A DNA stretch of 64,000 bases, from contig JBAXLJ010000001.1 of the NCBI GenBank assembly GCA_037134915.1, positions 37,484 through 101,483 on the forward strand, written 5' to 3'. The translations under genes were made by a program, and so were the position numbers. Within the stretch, counting starts at the first letter, position 1. Each line of letters begins with the position of its first letter. This DNA comes from Candidatus Falkowbacteria bacterium (GTDB taxonomy: Bacteria > Patescibacteriota > Patescibacteriia > Patescibacteriales > UBA12465). Under the pieces are notes generated by a model. The model ran no database searches and was not told the DNA's origin. It saw only the letters and a program-made list of their open reading frames with translations. Below, piece after piece: positions 17,722-26,787 of this stretch.

Positions 17722-18063
17722 TTAATTATAGAACTTTAATTTAATAAAAATATTTTGGATTTCGGTTTTAATCTCCTGGGCTTTTTTACCAATAATTACT
17801 GGTAGAACAATAATTACACAATCCTGTCCGGTTTTTATTTTCAAATTTTCCTGGCTAATAATAGCCTTTATCCTTCTTTTATATAAATTTCGCTCCACCG
17901 CTGATTTACTAACTTTAGTGCTTAGTAAAACCCCAAACCGATTATTGTTAAGATTATTCTTTCTTGCTTTTATTCCTAAAAATTCTCCATAAACAGTTCT
18001 ACCTTCTTTAAAAACTAGATCAAACTCCTTATTTTTTTTTAAACGGTCGCTGTTGGCCAGCAT
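17722..18063 (-). CDS. rnpA: Ribonuclease P protein component
   Basis: Start placed at MLANSDRLKKNKEFDLVFKEG. The track ORF extending to 18228 runs through rpmH in another frame. Confidence 0.8.
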   Translation of the reverse strand: MLANSDRLKKNKEFDLVFKEGRTVYGEFLGIKARKNNLNNNRFGVLLSTKVSKSAVERNLYKRRIKAIISQENLKIKTGQDCVIIVLPVIIGKKAQEIKTEIQNIFIKLKFYN

Positions 18064-18079
18064 TAAATTAGAAAGATTA

Positions 18080-18217
18080 CTATTTTGATAAAACCTTTCG
18101 CCCCTTATCACGTCTTCTTTTAAGAACCGCTCGGCCATCTTCAGTTTCCATTCGATGCAAAAAACCATGCTTTTCGCTGGCTCGTTTCTTGTTTGGTTGG
18201 TATGTTCTTTTCGGCAT
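18080..18217 (-). CDS. rpmH: 50S ribosomal protein L34 (absent from the ORF track because it is under 60 aa)
   Basis: The minus strand reads ATG CCG AAA AGA ACA TAC..., giving [45 protein letters not shown]. The stop is at 18080-18082. Confidence 0.9.
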   Translation of the reverse strand: MPKRTYQPNKKRASEKHGFLHRMETEDGRAVLKRRRDKGRKVLSK

Positions 18218-18404
18218 AATCTAAACATTATTATTTTTAAATTCTAAATTCTTATATACTCTAACACTTTTATTTTTAAAGGTCAATAATATAGAGGTTT
18301 CAATTATTTTTTAGTTATTAACAGGTTACTAACATATTATAAACAGCGCTAAGCTTGTGGTAAGAAAATTTATCTAATATAATTAGGTTATAACAAAAAT
18401 TTTT

Positions 18405-19820
18405 ATGCCCTACGAACAAATTTGGCAATCAGCCTTAGGTGAAATTGAAATAAGCTTGTCTCGTGCTAACTTTATCACCTGGTTCAAAAATACCTTTATT
18501 TCCTCAATTCAAAACGGGCAGGTAATTGTTTGTGTTCCTAACGCTTTTATTAAAAAGTGGCTTGAAGAAAAATATCATAAGAATATTCAGAGTGCCCTAG
18601 AAAATGTTACTAAACAAAAAGTAAGTATTACTTATAAGGTTGAACTTCAAAAAAATAGCGGGCAAACGGTTGTAAGCGAGCCAGTTAAGTCGCACCCGAA
18701 TGAAGCCGGTTTAAATGAAAATCAACAAAAACCACTAAGCTCCTTAGAACCAACAAAAAATACTAACGCCCCCTCGAAAAATGGCAATGAAAATAAGTTT
18801 GGCCTTAATTCTAGATATGTTTTTGAAAATTTTATTGTTGGCAAAAATAACGAACTTGCCTACGCGGCTTGTTGGGCGGTTGTTAATAACTTAGGTAAGG
18901 CTTATAACCCTTTATTTATTTATGGTGGTGTTGGTTTAGGAAAAACCCATTTATTACAGGCAATTGGTAATGAGGTTTCTAAAAAAACCGATCGTATTTT
19001 ATATACCACCTCAGAAAAATTTACTAATAATTATATCCAGGCCGTTCACTCTGGTAAAGCCAAAGAGTTTAAAAACTTATACCGTAATGTGGATTTATTT
19101 TTAATTGATGATGTTCAGTTTATGGGCGGAAAAGACGGAACTCAACAAGAATTTTTTCACACCTTTAATGAACTTCAACAAGGAGACAAACAAATTGTCT
19201 TAACTTCTGATCGTCCACCAAAATCACTCCCGGCGATTGAGGCGCGCCTTATTTCCCGCTTTGAATCCGGAATGGTGGCCGACGTTGGTCGTCCAGACAT
19301 GGAAACTAAAATAGCAATTTTAGAAAAGAAGGCCCTTGAAAAAAATTTCCCACTAAGCGCGGAAATCCTAAACTTACTGGCTAAAAGTGTTCAAAATAAT
19401 ATTAGAGAACTAGAGGGTATTCTTAATAAAATTATTGCCGTTCATCAAATCAAAAATATAAGTATTACTGAAAAGAGCGTCAAGGAAATATTATCTGACT
19501 TTGTGGCCAACACACAAACCAAATCAACCTCAAACAAAGAGGTTATTGATGCGGTTTGTCGTTTTTATGACATTAGTAATAAAGATTTAATTGGTAGTAG
19601 TCGCAAAAAAGAACTGGTCTGGCCCAGACAAATTGCCATCTATTTAATGCGGGAAGAAATTAGAACCTCCTATCCAAGTATTGGTCATGAAATGGGTGGT
19701 CGAGATCACACCACCGCCATGCATGCCTATAATAAGATTAGTCGTGAAATAAAAGAAAATGAAAATGAGAAAGTAAAACAAGAGATTGCCTCCATTAAAC
19801 AGTTATTCACAAACAATTAA
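18405..19820 (+). CDS. dnaA: Chromosomal replication initiator protein DnaA
   Basis: Walker A GGVGLGKTHL, LIDDVQF, and the domain IV region RPRQIAIYLMRE...IGHEMGGRDHTT. Confidence 0.95.
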   Translation: MPYEQIWQSALGEIEISLSRANFITWFKNTFISSIQNGQVIVCVPNAFIKKWLEEKYHKNIQSALENVTKQKVSITYKVELQKNSGQTVVSEPVKSHPNEAGLNENQQKPLSSLEPTKNTNAPSKNGNENKFGLNSRYVFENFIVGKNNELAYAACWAVVNNLGKAYNPLFIYGGVGLGKTHLLQAIGNEVSKKTDRILYTTSEKFTNNYIQAVHSGKAKEFKNLYRNVDLFLIDDVQFMGGKDGTQQEFFHTFNELQQGDKQIVLTSDRPPKSLPAIEARLISRFESGMVADVGRPDMETKIAILEKKALEKNFPLSAEILNLLAKSVQNNIRELEGILNKIIAVHQIKNISITEKSVKEILSDFVANTQTKSTSNKEVIDAVCRFYDISNKDLIGSSRKKELVWPRQIAIYLMREEIRTSYPSIGHEMGGRDHTTAMHAYNKISREIKENENEKVKQEIASIKQLFTNN

Positions 19821-20094
19821 GCAACCTGTTGATAAGTCGTTTATAAGTCGTTTATAACCGCTAAGTATCTGTTAATAGTTAAGTGGATTAATGTGTACTT
19901 ATTTGTTAATAAAAAAAATTAAAAAATTTTATTAACTTTAACACCACTTTTACATCACAAGAAATAGACAGCTAACTAACAGGCTAAAAACGATTTTTAT
20001 CACCAAAAAAAGCCAAATAATAACAATCTGTAATTTTTATCCACCCCCTTATTATTGTTATTATTATATATAAATATATATTAAATAATATAAT
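19803..20094. other. Candidate oriC (DnaA-box cluster plus AT-rich unwinding tract) between dnaA and dnaN
   Basis: 9-mers within 1-2 mismatches of TTATCCACA: TTATTCACA 19803-19811, TGTTGATAA 19827-19835, AGTGGATTA 19882-19890, TTATCACCA 19997-20005, TTATCCACC 20037-20045. There is a tandem 11-mer TAAGTCGTTTA x2 at 19833-19854. The run 20050-20094 is almost pure A/T. Confidence 0.6.
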
Positions 20095-21222
20095 ATGAAA
20101 TTAATCAGCGTCCAAGAGAATTTTAAAAAAGGACTTTTAATAGTAAGTCATGGAACTGGTAAAAATATTAATTTACCAATTCTTAATAACATCTTAATTA
20201 AGGCTTATCAAAACTCCATTGAACTCATAAGTACTAATTTAGAAATTGGAATTATCCACAAGCTAAGGGGAAAAGTTGAGGAGGAGGGTGAGTTCACAGT
20301 TGACGCTAAAATTATCACTGAGTATGTTAACTTACTACCTAGTGAGAATGTGGAGATTGAAGAAATTGAGGGGGAGCTTAAAATAGAGTGTGATAATTAT
20401 AAGACTAAAATAAAGGGGGAGTCCGCTAAAGATTTTCCACTTATACCAAGTGTATCATCAGAGAATTATTATGCTTGTAGTGTAGGTGATCTTAAAAAAG
20501 CTTTAAATGGGGTTGCCTTCGCAGTTTCAAATAGTGAGAATAGAATTGAACTTTCTGGTGTTCTATTTAATTTTGAAAATAATAAATTAATTTTAGTGGC
20601 CACTGATAGTTATCGTTTGGCTGAGAAAATAATTGAAATTAATTCAAATAATGAATTTAATAATCAAAAATTAATTGTGCCAGCGCGAACCGTTCAAGAG
20701 CTACTTAGAATTTTAAGTAATTATAATAGTGAGGATTTAAGTTTTGAACAAAAGGGTGAAGTTAGAATTTCCGTCTCGGATAATCAAATATTATTTACCA
20801 TTGAATCGGTAGAGCTAGTTTCTAGATTAATTAATGGTCAATATCCGGACTATAAGCAAATTATTCCTGACAAAAGTAAAACTGATATTGTAACCAGTAA
20901 ACAAAACTTATCACGAGCGGTTAAAGCGGTGGCTATATTTTCAAAAACTGGGGTTAATGATGTTAATTTAGAATTTAAAAATAATAAAATTATTATTTCC
21001 GCCTCCTCTGGTCAAAGCGGTGAAAGTCGCGTGGATGTGGATGCGGAAATTTCCGGAATTGATAATGAGGTGGCCATTAATTATCGTTACTTAGTAGATG
21101 GTCTAAACAACATTAGCAGTGACCGGGTTAAATTAAAGGTAGTTAGTAATAATACCCCCTGTGTTTTAACGGCTGAGGCTGAAGATGATTATCTTTATGT
21201 GGTGATGCCCATTAGACAATAA
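20095..21222 (+). CDS. dnaN: DNA polymerase III beta sliding clamp
   Basis: 375 aa, immediately downstream of dnaA. Motifs LVATDSYRLA and LINGQYPDYKQIIP. Confidence 0.93.
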   Translation: MKLISVQENFKKGLLIVSHGTGKNINLPILNNILIKAYQNSIELISTNLEIGIIHKLRGKVEEEGEFTVDAKIITEYVNLLPSENVEIEEIEGELKIECDNYKTKIKGESAKDFPLIPSVSSENYYACSVGDLKKALNGVAFAVSNSENRIELSGVLFNFENNKLILVATDSYRLAEKIIEINSNNEFNNQKLIVPARTVQELLRILSNYNSEDLSFEQKGEVRISVSDNQILFTIESVELVSRLINGQYPDYKQIIPDKSKTDIVTSKQNLSRAVKAVAIFSKTGVNDVNLEFKNNKIIISASSGQSGESRVDVDAEISGIDNEVAINYRYLVDGLNNISSDRVKLKVVSNNTPCVLTAEAEDDYLYVVMPIRQ

Positions 21223-21240
21223 AATAAAAAATAAAAAATA

Positions 21241-21272
21241 AAAAAATAAGCCCAACATCTGGGCTTATTTTT
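21241..21272. terminator. Bidirectional intrinsic terminator
   Basis: aaaaaATAAGCCCaacatctGGGCTTATttttttt between dnaN and the convergent PBP gene. Confidence 0.75.
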
Positions 21273-23609
21273 TTATTGGTTTGAAGGGCTACTACTTGGC
21301 GTATTGGTATTAATATTTGTTTCCAAGGGTGGAATTTCTAGTGACGTTGAAGCGGTTGAACTGGCAATTACTGGATAGAGAGGAGTACTTGAGGAAACAA
21401 CCTGATTATTTTTTTTAGCCCAATCTATTATAGCGCTTTCCCAATTATTAAATTGAGGATCATTTTCGGGGTTGCTTGGCGGTGGACCCAGGGGGTCATT
21501 TTTATCAACATAGTATAGGATGGAGTGATTGTCATAAATATTTTTATTTTCAATAAAATCAGCCGGAGTATTAGAGCTGGCAGCTAACCCAGTTCTTTTA
21601 TCAATTGGGGTGGTGCCTAAAATAGGCAGGACACCATCTATTACCGCTTTGCCGGTGGCGCTCATATCAGGTTCTTTGAAAGTTTCCACCGGGGTTCCGG
21701 TTAGTACGCGACTCATAAAAGTTTTCCAAAGTGGAGCGGCTAAAACGCTGCCGTCAGAACCTAGCTTCATTTGATTGTTATTAGTATTACCAACCCAAAC
21801 ACCAGTAACCAAGGAAGGAGTGTAACCAATAGCCCACGCGTCATGATAATCATTAGTGGTTCCGGTTTTAACTGCCACCGGACGATCACCTAAAGTTAAA
21901 TTATTTTTTTCACCAAAGATGAAAGACCGAGAACTATTATCAGACAAGACACTATTAATTAATCTGGCTGTTTGAGAAGTTAAGACTTTTTTACTGCTGG
22001 GTTGCCACTCTTCTAATGTCTTGCCATTTTTATCTTCCACCTTTAAAACGGTAATAATTGTATTTACTTCTCCGTCTCTAGCAAAGGCACTATAAGCGTT
22101 GGTGTGTTCTAATAGTTTTACCTCACCACCACCTAGAACCAAGGATAGACCCAAGTCTTTTTCGTTTAAAGACGTGTATCCTAGGGCGTGAGCTAAGTCA
22201 ATAACACTTTTTATTCCGGTTAAATATAAAGCCTTAACGGCCGGAATATTAAGTGAACCCGCCAGCGCTTTACGAATACTGACCGGGCCATATTCCTTTA
22301 GATTATAATTATGTGGAATATATGGTTGAGTAGGGTCGGTGGAAAAATTTGTTACCACATCATAAAGAATTGTGTTTGGGGTATAACCTTTCTCAAACAA
22401 AGAAGCATAAACAATCGGCTTCATTGATGAGCCTGGCTGACGTAAGCTGGTGGCGACATTAACTTGTCCTTGGATAGAATCATCAAAATAATCACGAGAA
22501 CCAACCATTGCTAAGACCTGTCCGGTTTTAGGATCAATAGCTACTAAAGCAGCGTTATTGGCATTATATTTTGTTTGATAGTCTTTGGTTTTTTCAGATA
22601 CAACCTCATCGGCAATCTTTTGTTTATCGTAATCGATGGTGGTAATTATTTTAAGACCACCTTGTTCTAAAGTGTTTTCGCCATATTTATCAGACAACAA
22701 ACTTTTAATATACATGACAAAGTGAGGCGCGGTAATGCTGGCCTCGGGGCGCTGAAATTTAATTACTTCTTTTTTAGCGGCGTCGCGCTCGGTGGTGGAA
22801 ATATAACCTTGTTGAGCCATTAAATCTAAAACATAATCTTTGCGCCCCATTAAAATATCTTGATTAGGTCCGTAAGGGGAATAACGACTAGGTGATTGGG
22901 GTAGAGCGGCTAGGATAGCGGCCTCGGCCAAAGAAATATCCTTAACATCTTTTCCAAAATATTTTTGACTGGCGGCCTCAACACCATAAGCGTTTGAGCC
23001 GTAAGGAATTTCGTTAAGGTACATTTGCAAAATTTCATCCTTAGAAAATTTCTTTTCAATTTGCTGAGCCAGAATTAATTCTTTAATTTTTCTGGTAACT
23101 GATTTTTCATTGGTTAAAACAGCATTTTTAATAAATTGTTGAGTTAGGGTTGAGCCTCCAGCTGATTGGTGATAAATTACATTAGTAATTACCGTTCGAA
23201 CCATGGCCCAAATACTAAAACCGCCGTGCTTATAAAAATTTTTATCCTCAATTGAAATTGTGGCCTCTCGAACATAGAGCGGTATTTGATCTAAAGAAAC
23301 CAGGGTTCTTTTTTGATCACCGTGAATTTCATATAAAACATGCTCGCCGGTGCGATCATAGATTTTGGTGCTTTGAGCAATTTCTCGGTTGATTAGTTGA
23401 TTTGGGTTTGGCAGGTCGCGACTAATTAAAATAATACCCACAAAAGAAAAAAGGGCAAAAAAGGCCACAAAAATAGTAAGCAAGGCCAGTAATCTTTTAC
23501 GATTTAGCCAAAGTTTTTGCCAGAAAGTTCTTTTTTGGCGGGGATTTTTCCAGGATTTAATAGCTTCTTGGGTAAAATCAGAGTGTTTTCTAAGTTGTGG
23601 TATGGGCAT
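21273..23609 (-). CDS. Bifunctional class A penicillin-binding protein (glycosyltransferase/transpeptidase, PBP1A family)
   Basis: GT51 motifs ISIEDKNFYKHGG and GGSTLTQQ. Transpeptidase motifs SSMKP and KTGTTND. N-terminal TM anchor. Confidence 0.92.
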   Translation of the reverse strand: MPIPQLRKHSDFTQEAIKSWKNPRQKRTFWQKLWLNRKRLLALLTIFVAFFALFSFVGIILISRDLPNPNQLINREIAQSTKIYDRTGEHVLYEIHGDQKRTLVSLDQIPLYVREATISIEDKNFYKHGGFSIWAMVRTVITNVIYHQSAGGSTLTQQFIKNAVLTNEKSVTRKIKELILAQQIEKKFSKDEILQMYLNEIPYGSNAYGVEAASQKYFGKDVKDISLAEAAILAALPQSPSRYSPYGPNQDILMGRKDYVLDLMAQQGYISTTERDAAKKEVIKFQRPEASITAPHFVMYIKSLLSDKYGENTLEQGGLKIITTIDYDKQKIADEVVSEKTKDYQTKYNANNAALVAIDPKTGQVLAMVGSRDYFDDSIQGQVNVATSLRQPGSSMKPIVYASLFEKGYTPNTILYDVVTNFSTDPTQPYIPHNYNLKEYGPVSIRKALAGSLNIPAVKALYLTGIKSVIDLAHALGYTSLNEKDLGLSLVLGGGEVKLLEHTNAYSAFARDGEVNTIITVLKVEDKNGKTLEEWQPSSKKVLTSQTARLINSVLSDNSSRSFIFGEKNNLTLGDRPVAVKTGTTNDYHDAWAIGYTPSLVTGVWVGNTNNNQMKLGSDGSVLAAPLWKTFMSRVLTGTPVETFKEPDMSATGKAVIDGVLPILGTTPIDKRTGLAASSNTPADFIENKNIYDNHSILYYVDKNDPLGPPPSNPENDPQFNNWESAIIDWAKKNNQVVSSSTPLYPVIASSTASTSLEIPPLETNINTNTPSSSPSNQ

Positions 23610-23696
23610 AATATTGCATTTATTTTTATAAAGTATAACATAAAATGAGCTTTTTCTATAGGGAGCGCCAGTCTAATGTGATATAATACGAATAAT

Positions 23697-24479
23697 ATGG
23701 AAATAATTTCAAGTGAACAAAACAGTAAAATAAAAAACATTGTCAAACTACAAGACAAGAGTCGGGAACGTAAAAAACAAGGTCTTTTTGTTATTGATGG
23801 CTTAAGGGAAATTAAAGAAGCTTTAAAAAGTGGAATAATTATTGAAGAGATTTTTGTTTGTCCAGAAATAATTAAAGAAGAATTAAATATTTTTTCTGAT
23901 ATCAAAACTTTTTCGGTATCCCTCTCGGTTTATAAAAAAATTGGTTACAAGGAGAAGCCGGCTGGGGTGCTCGCCGTGGCCCGACCAAAACTTTTGGAGT
24001 TAGCGAGCCTGAAGCTTAAAAAAAATCCGCTCTTGGTCATTCTCGAGGCCGTAGAGAAACCTGGCAACCTCGGAGCGATTGTTAGAAGCGCTTACGCCGC
24101 CGGAGTAGATGCCATTATTATTAATGATGAGCAAACAGATATTTATAACCCCAACGTTATTCGCGCTAGTGAGGGGCTAATTTTTAGATTGCCAGTAATA
24201 GTAGCAGACCATAATAGTACAAAGGGATTTTTGGAGAAAGAAAATATTAAAGTTTATGCGGCGGCTTTAGTGGGGGCTAAAAATTATACAGAGGCTAATT
24301 TTAAAGACAGCTCGGCCATTCTTTTGGGAACGGAAGCCACCGGATTAAGTGCTAAGTGGCTGGAAAAGGCTGACGAGATTATAAAAATTCCCATGAAAGC
24401 TGGCATAGACTCTTTAAATGTCTCTGTTTCGGCCGCTATTTTAATATTTGAGGCCTGGAAACAAAGGGATTTCTTATAA
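23697..24479 (+). CDS. TrmH/SpoU-family RNA 2'-O-methyltransferase
   Basis: Motifs VEKPGNLGAIVRSAYAAGVD, LLGTEATGLS and IPMKAGIDSLNVSVSAAILIFE. Confidence 0.88.
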   Translation: MEIISSEQNSKIKNIVKLQDKSRERKKQGLFVIDGLREIKEALKSGIIIEEIFVCPEIIKEELNIFSDIKTFSVSLSVYKKIGYKEKPAGVLAVARPKLLELASLKLKKNPLLVILEAVEKPGNLGAIVRSAYAAGVDAIIINDEQTDIYNPNVIRASEGLIFRLPVIVADHNSTKGFLEKENIKVYAAALVGAKNYTEANFKDSSAILLGTEATGLSAKWLEKADEIIKIPMKAGIDSLNVSVSAAILIFEAWKQRDFL

Positions 24480-24555
24480 AAGCTGCTAAGTTGACTTATA
24501 GTCCGATATCTTGTAGAATCTAGAAAGATTTTTGCCAGAGAAATAAAAAAAAGAT

Positions 24556-24627
24556 GCGCCCGTAGTTCAGCGGATAGAACACCAGCCTTCTAAGCTGGTT
24601 ACGAGGGTTCGACTCCCCCCGGGCGTA
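24556..24627 (+). tRNA. tRNA-Arg (anticodon TCT)
   Basis: GCGCCCGTAGTTCAGCGGATAGAAC-ACCAGC-cuUCUaa-GCTGGT...GGTTCGACTCC...CGGGCGT-A. There is one T-stem mismatch and a G1:U72 pair, so the ends are approximate. Confidence 0.8.
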
Positions 24628-24648
24628 CGTATAATTAATTTAATTTTT

Positions 24649-24804
24649 ATGAATGAAAATAAAAATGAAGTTGAGGAAGAATTAACCGAAGAAGAAATCG
24701 CCAAACTAGATGAGCTTTTTGGTTTTGGTGGTGGTTGTGATTGCAGTCATTGTGGCCACGATTGTCATGGCGAAGAGGAAGAAGAGGTTGAGAATAAAGA
24801 ATAA
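24649..24804 (+). CDS. Hypothetical 51-aa acidic Cys/His-rich mini-protein (candidate)
   Basis: ATG at 24649 and TAA at 24802-24804. Translation is MNENKNEVEEELTEEEIAKLDELFGFGGGCDCSHCGHDCHGEEEEEVENKE. No clear SD. A TATAAT-like hexamer lies about 15 nt upstream. Confidence 0.35.
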   Translation: MNENKNEVEEELTEEEIAKLDELFGFGGGCDCSHCGHDCHGEEEEEVENKE

Positions 24805-24826
24805 TCAGACTATTTAAGATAAGCAT

Positions 24827-24899
24827 GGTGCCCATGGTGTAGTGGTAACACAGCAGGTTGTGGTCCTGTTATCGAGAGTTCAATTCTCTCTGGGCACCC
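24827..24899 (+). tRNA. tRNA-His (anticodon GTG) with an encoded G-1
   Basis: G-GTGCCCA...GCAGG-uuGUGgu-CCTGT...GAGAGTTCAATTCTCTC-TGGGCAC-C. Confidence 0.88.
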
Positions 24900-25028
24900 A
24901 TAAAAACTAACTCCTTTTTTGGGGTTATTTTTGTTTTGTTGTTAATAAGGAGATATGTTAATTGACAAAATTTTGCTAATATGATAGATTATATAGTTCA
25001 TTAAAAATAATAATTTAAAATATTAGTA

Positions 25029-25673
25029 ATGGAAACAAAAGAAAATATTATATTTCAAATGCTAGATGATTCAGAGGGGCTTTGTGGAGGAAGCCTGTGG
25101 TATTATTTTAGTATTATTTATAAAGCACCTAATATTAGCAACCCATATCATAATTTGCGTCACTTAATGTACGTGGTATGCCAGGTTTATGTTGGAGGAA
25201 AGTTCATGAAATATTATGAACTGACTAGCAACCGGAGCTTTAGGGCCTTATTGATTGCCGCCATGTTCCACGATTATGCTCATAGTGGTGTTATGGGTCA
25301 TGACAAGGATGAGGTAGATAGATCTGTTTTAGAAGCAAAAAAATATTTACTTAAAAGTGATATGGATTTGGAAGACGAGGTTACTAATTTTATCCGCGCC
25401 ACCCAATTTCCCTATGTAGAATGCAAACAGAACCTTGGGGTTGATATTATTAGAGATGCTGACATGTCGCAGCTGTTTGACGATGAATGGATTCAACAAG
25501 TGATTCTAGGGTTATCTTTAGAAATGAAAATTACTCCATTACAAATGTTGCAAAGCCAGCTTGTCTTTATTCCCGCCATGACATTCCATACGAAATGGGC
25601 TAAGGAATCGTTCTCGCCACTGGTTGATGTGAGACTTATGGAAGTAAAAAAGATGTTAGAAAATTTGCAGTAA
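25029..25673 (+). CDS. HD-domain metal-dependent phosphohydrolase
   Basis: H...HD...D signature: NPYHNLRHLMYV, AAMFHDYAHSG, IIRDADMSQ. Confidence 0.7.
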   Translation: METKENIIFQMLDDSEGLCGGSLWYYFSIIYKAPNISNPYHNLRHLMYVVCQVYVGGKFMKYYELTSNRSFRALLIAAMFHDYAHSGVMGHDKDEVDRSVLEAKKYLLKSDMDLEDEVTNFIRATQFPYVECKQNLGVDIIRDADMSQLFDDEWIQQVILGLSLEMKITPLQMLQSQLVFIPAMTFHTKWAKESFSPLVDVRLMEVKKMLENLQ

Positions 25674-25741
25674 TGCTTAAAGTTTTAACCGCCAATAAAC
25701 TATAAAGTTGAGGCGGTTTTTATTTTATCAAATAATCGATC

Positions 25742-25767
25742 AAAAAAGTTTGCCAAGCTTTTCGATT
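25742..25767 (+). repeat. 26-nt direct repeat, copy A (AAAAAAGTTTGCCAAGCTTTTCGATT)
   Basis: 24 of 26 positions match 28276-28301. Both copies sit between a terminator hairpin and a second AACTCC/GGAGT-type hairpin. Confidence 0.85.
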
Positions 25768-25809
25768 AGCCACCCATAAGTAAAAATACTCCAAACCGGA
25801 GTGTTTTTA

Positions 25810-26637
25810 TTATATTGACCCTGGCCTCATAATGTCATCTAAAAACTTTTTGGAAGATTTAATGTCTTCTTTGAGTGGTTTAGAAATATTCCAGAGTATA
25901 TCAAATTGAGTTTTTAATAACTGTCTTAATTCTTTACTCTCAACAATAAAGCCAAAATTTTCTTTTTTAGAAGACATAAAGATCACTTTATTTCCATAAG
26001 CCCAATAGCCCATAGAAAAATCAACGCCTTCTGGCGCAATTCGTACCTCTCGTTTTACTTCTTTGCCTGGAGCTAGAAATGTGTCCTTAGTAATATCGCT
26101 AGTTTTATCCGTTGGCCAAATAACTCTAATATAAATATTATTGCGAACCCTTTTTTTATTAAACTCGTGTAAAAATTCTTCTCCAACTACTTTAATAATA
26201 TCTTTAACTGGCCAACAAAGCTCTGTATGTAAATTATCATACAGTAAAACATTCTTTAGCATTGTTTTCATTTCTTCAGCCCCCTCGAAATAATTAAATT
26301 TTGGGCTAGCGAAGTCAGTTTTTTGTGACGACTTTAATTTTTCTAAAATATTTTCAAAGCTATCCCGTGTATTTTCTAAAGAATTAATTCTGTCATTTAG
26401 GATCATTTTAATATTGTCTGGATTTACAGCTTGCCATAACTTAATATTTTCTTTTTCGCTTTGTAGAGTCAATCCACCAAGAGCCAGATCGTTTAATAGG
26501 CCATATAAAGTAGAACGAGGAATATTTAAACGTTTAGCTAAATTTCCCGCCGACATAACACCGCCCTCTAATAAAGATAAATAGATGTCCGAGTGTTCTT
26601 TTTTTAAATCAAGTTTTTTAAAAATTTTATCCAACAT
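25810..26637 (-). CDS. TrmB-family wHTH transcriptional regulator with an uncharacterised C-terminal domain
   Basis: Start placed at MLDKIFKKLDLKKEHSDIYLSLLEGGVMSAGNLAKRLNIPRSTLYGLLNDL, which is a TrmB-type wHTH. Confidence 0.7.
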   Translation of the reverse strand: MLDKIFKKLDLKKEHSDIYLSLLEGGVMSAGNLAKRLNIPRSTLYGLLNDLALGGLTLQSEKENIKLWQAVNPDNIKMILNDRINSLENTRDSFENILEKLKSSQKTDFASPKFNYFEGAEEMKTMLKNVLLYDNLHTELCWPVKDIIKVVGEEFLHEFNKKRVRNNIYIRVIWPTDKTSDITKDTFLAPGKEVKREVRIAPEGVDFSMGYWAYGNKVIFMSSKKENFGFIVESKELRQLLKTQFDILWNISKPLKEDIKSSKKFLDDIMRPGSI

Positions 26638-26748
26638 AAATTTAAAATTATTAGTTATTTGTCGTAGCTCGACGACACTATTTACTATAACACAGATTCG
26701 TTGTATTATCAAGTTATTAGTAAAAAAGTTAATTTACAAATTAATCAC

Positions 26749-26766
26749 TGTCCTATAATAAGGACA
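26749..26766. promoter_or_regulatory. Perfect inverted repeat TGTCCT-ATAATA-AGGACA overlapping a -10 box (candidate operator)
   Basis: 6-bp arms around the TATAAT-like hexamer, 22 nt upstream of the ATG at 26788. Divergent from the TrmB-like regulator gene. Confidence 0.5.
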
Positions 26767-26787
26767 TAAAATAGGAGGAAACAAAAC

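Noticed and set aside
23504-23905. 133-aa minus-strand ORF bridging the PBP1A start and the trmH-family gene.
   Set aside because: It overlaps two well-supported genes on both sides and has no motif. It is a shadow ORF.
24647-24835. 62-aa minus-strand His-rich ORF between the tRNAs.
   Set aside because: It overlaps the 5' end of tRNA-His and is the antisense of the more coherent plus-strand 51-aa Cys/His ORF. The His-richness mirrors the GAA/GAG-rich sense strand.
24903-24932. Recurrent AAAACTCC-loop-GGAGTTTT-type hairpins (3831-3858, 24903-24932, 25788-25807, 28308-28340, 62581-62606) as a dispersed mobile repeat.
   Set aside because: Stems share only the short CTCC/GGAG core, and the loops and flanks differ. 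They sit where intrinsic terminators are expected, so they are more simply convergent terminator hairpins. The exception is the pair associated with the 26-nt repeat, which is reported separately.
25742-25767. The 26-nt repeat core read as a promoter, because it contains TTGCCA.
   Set aside because: Neither copy has an acceptable -10 hexamer at 16-18 nt on either strand, so a promoter role is unlikely. It is retained only as a direct repeat.
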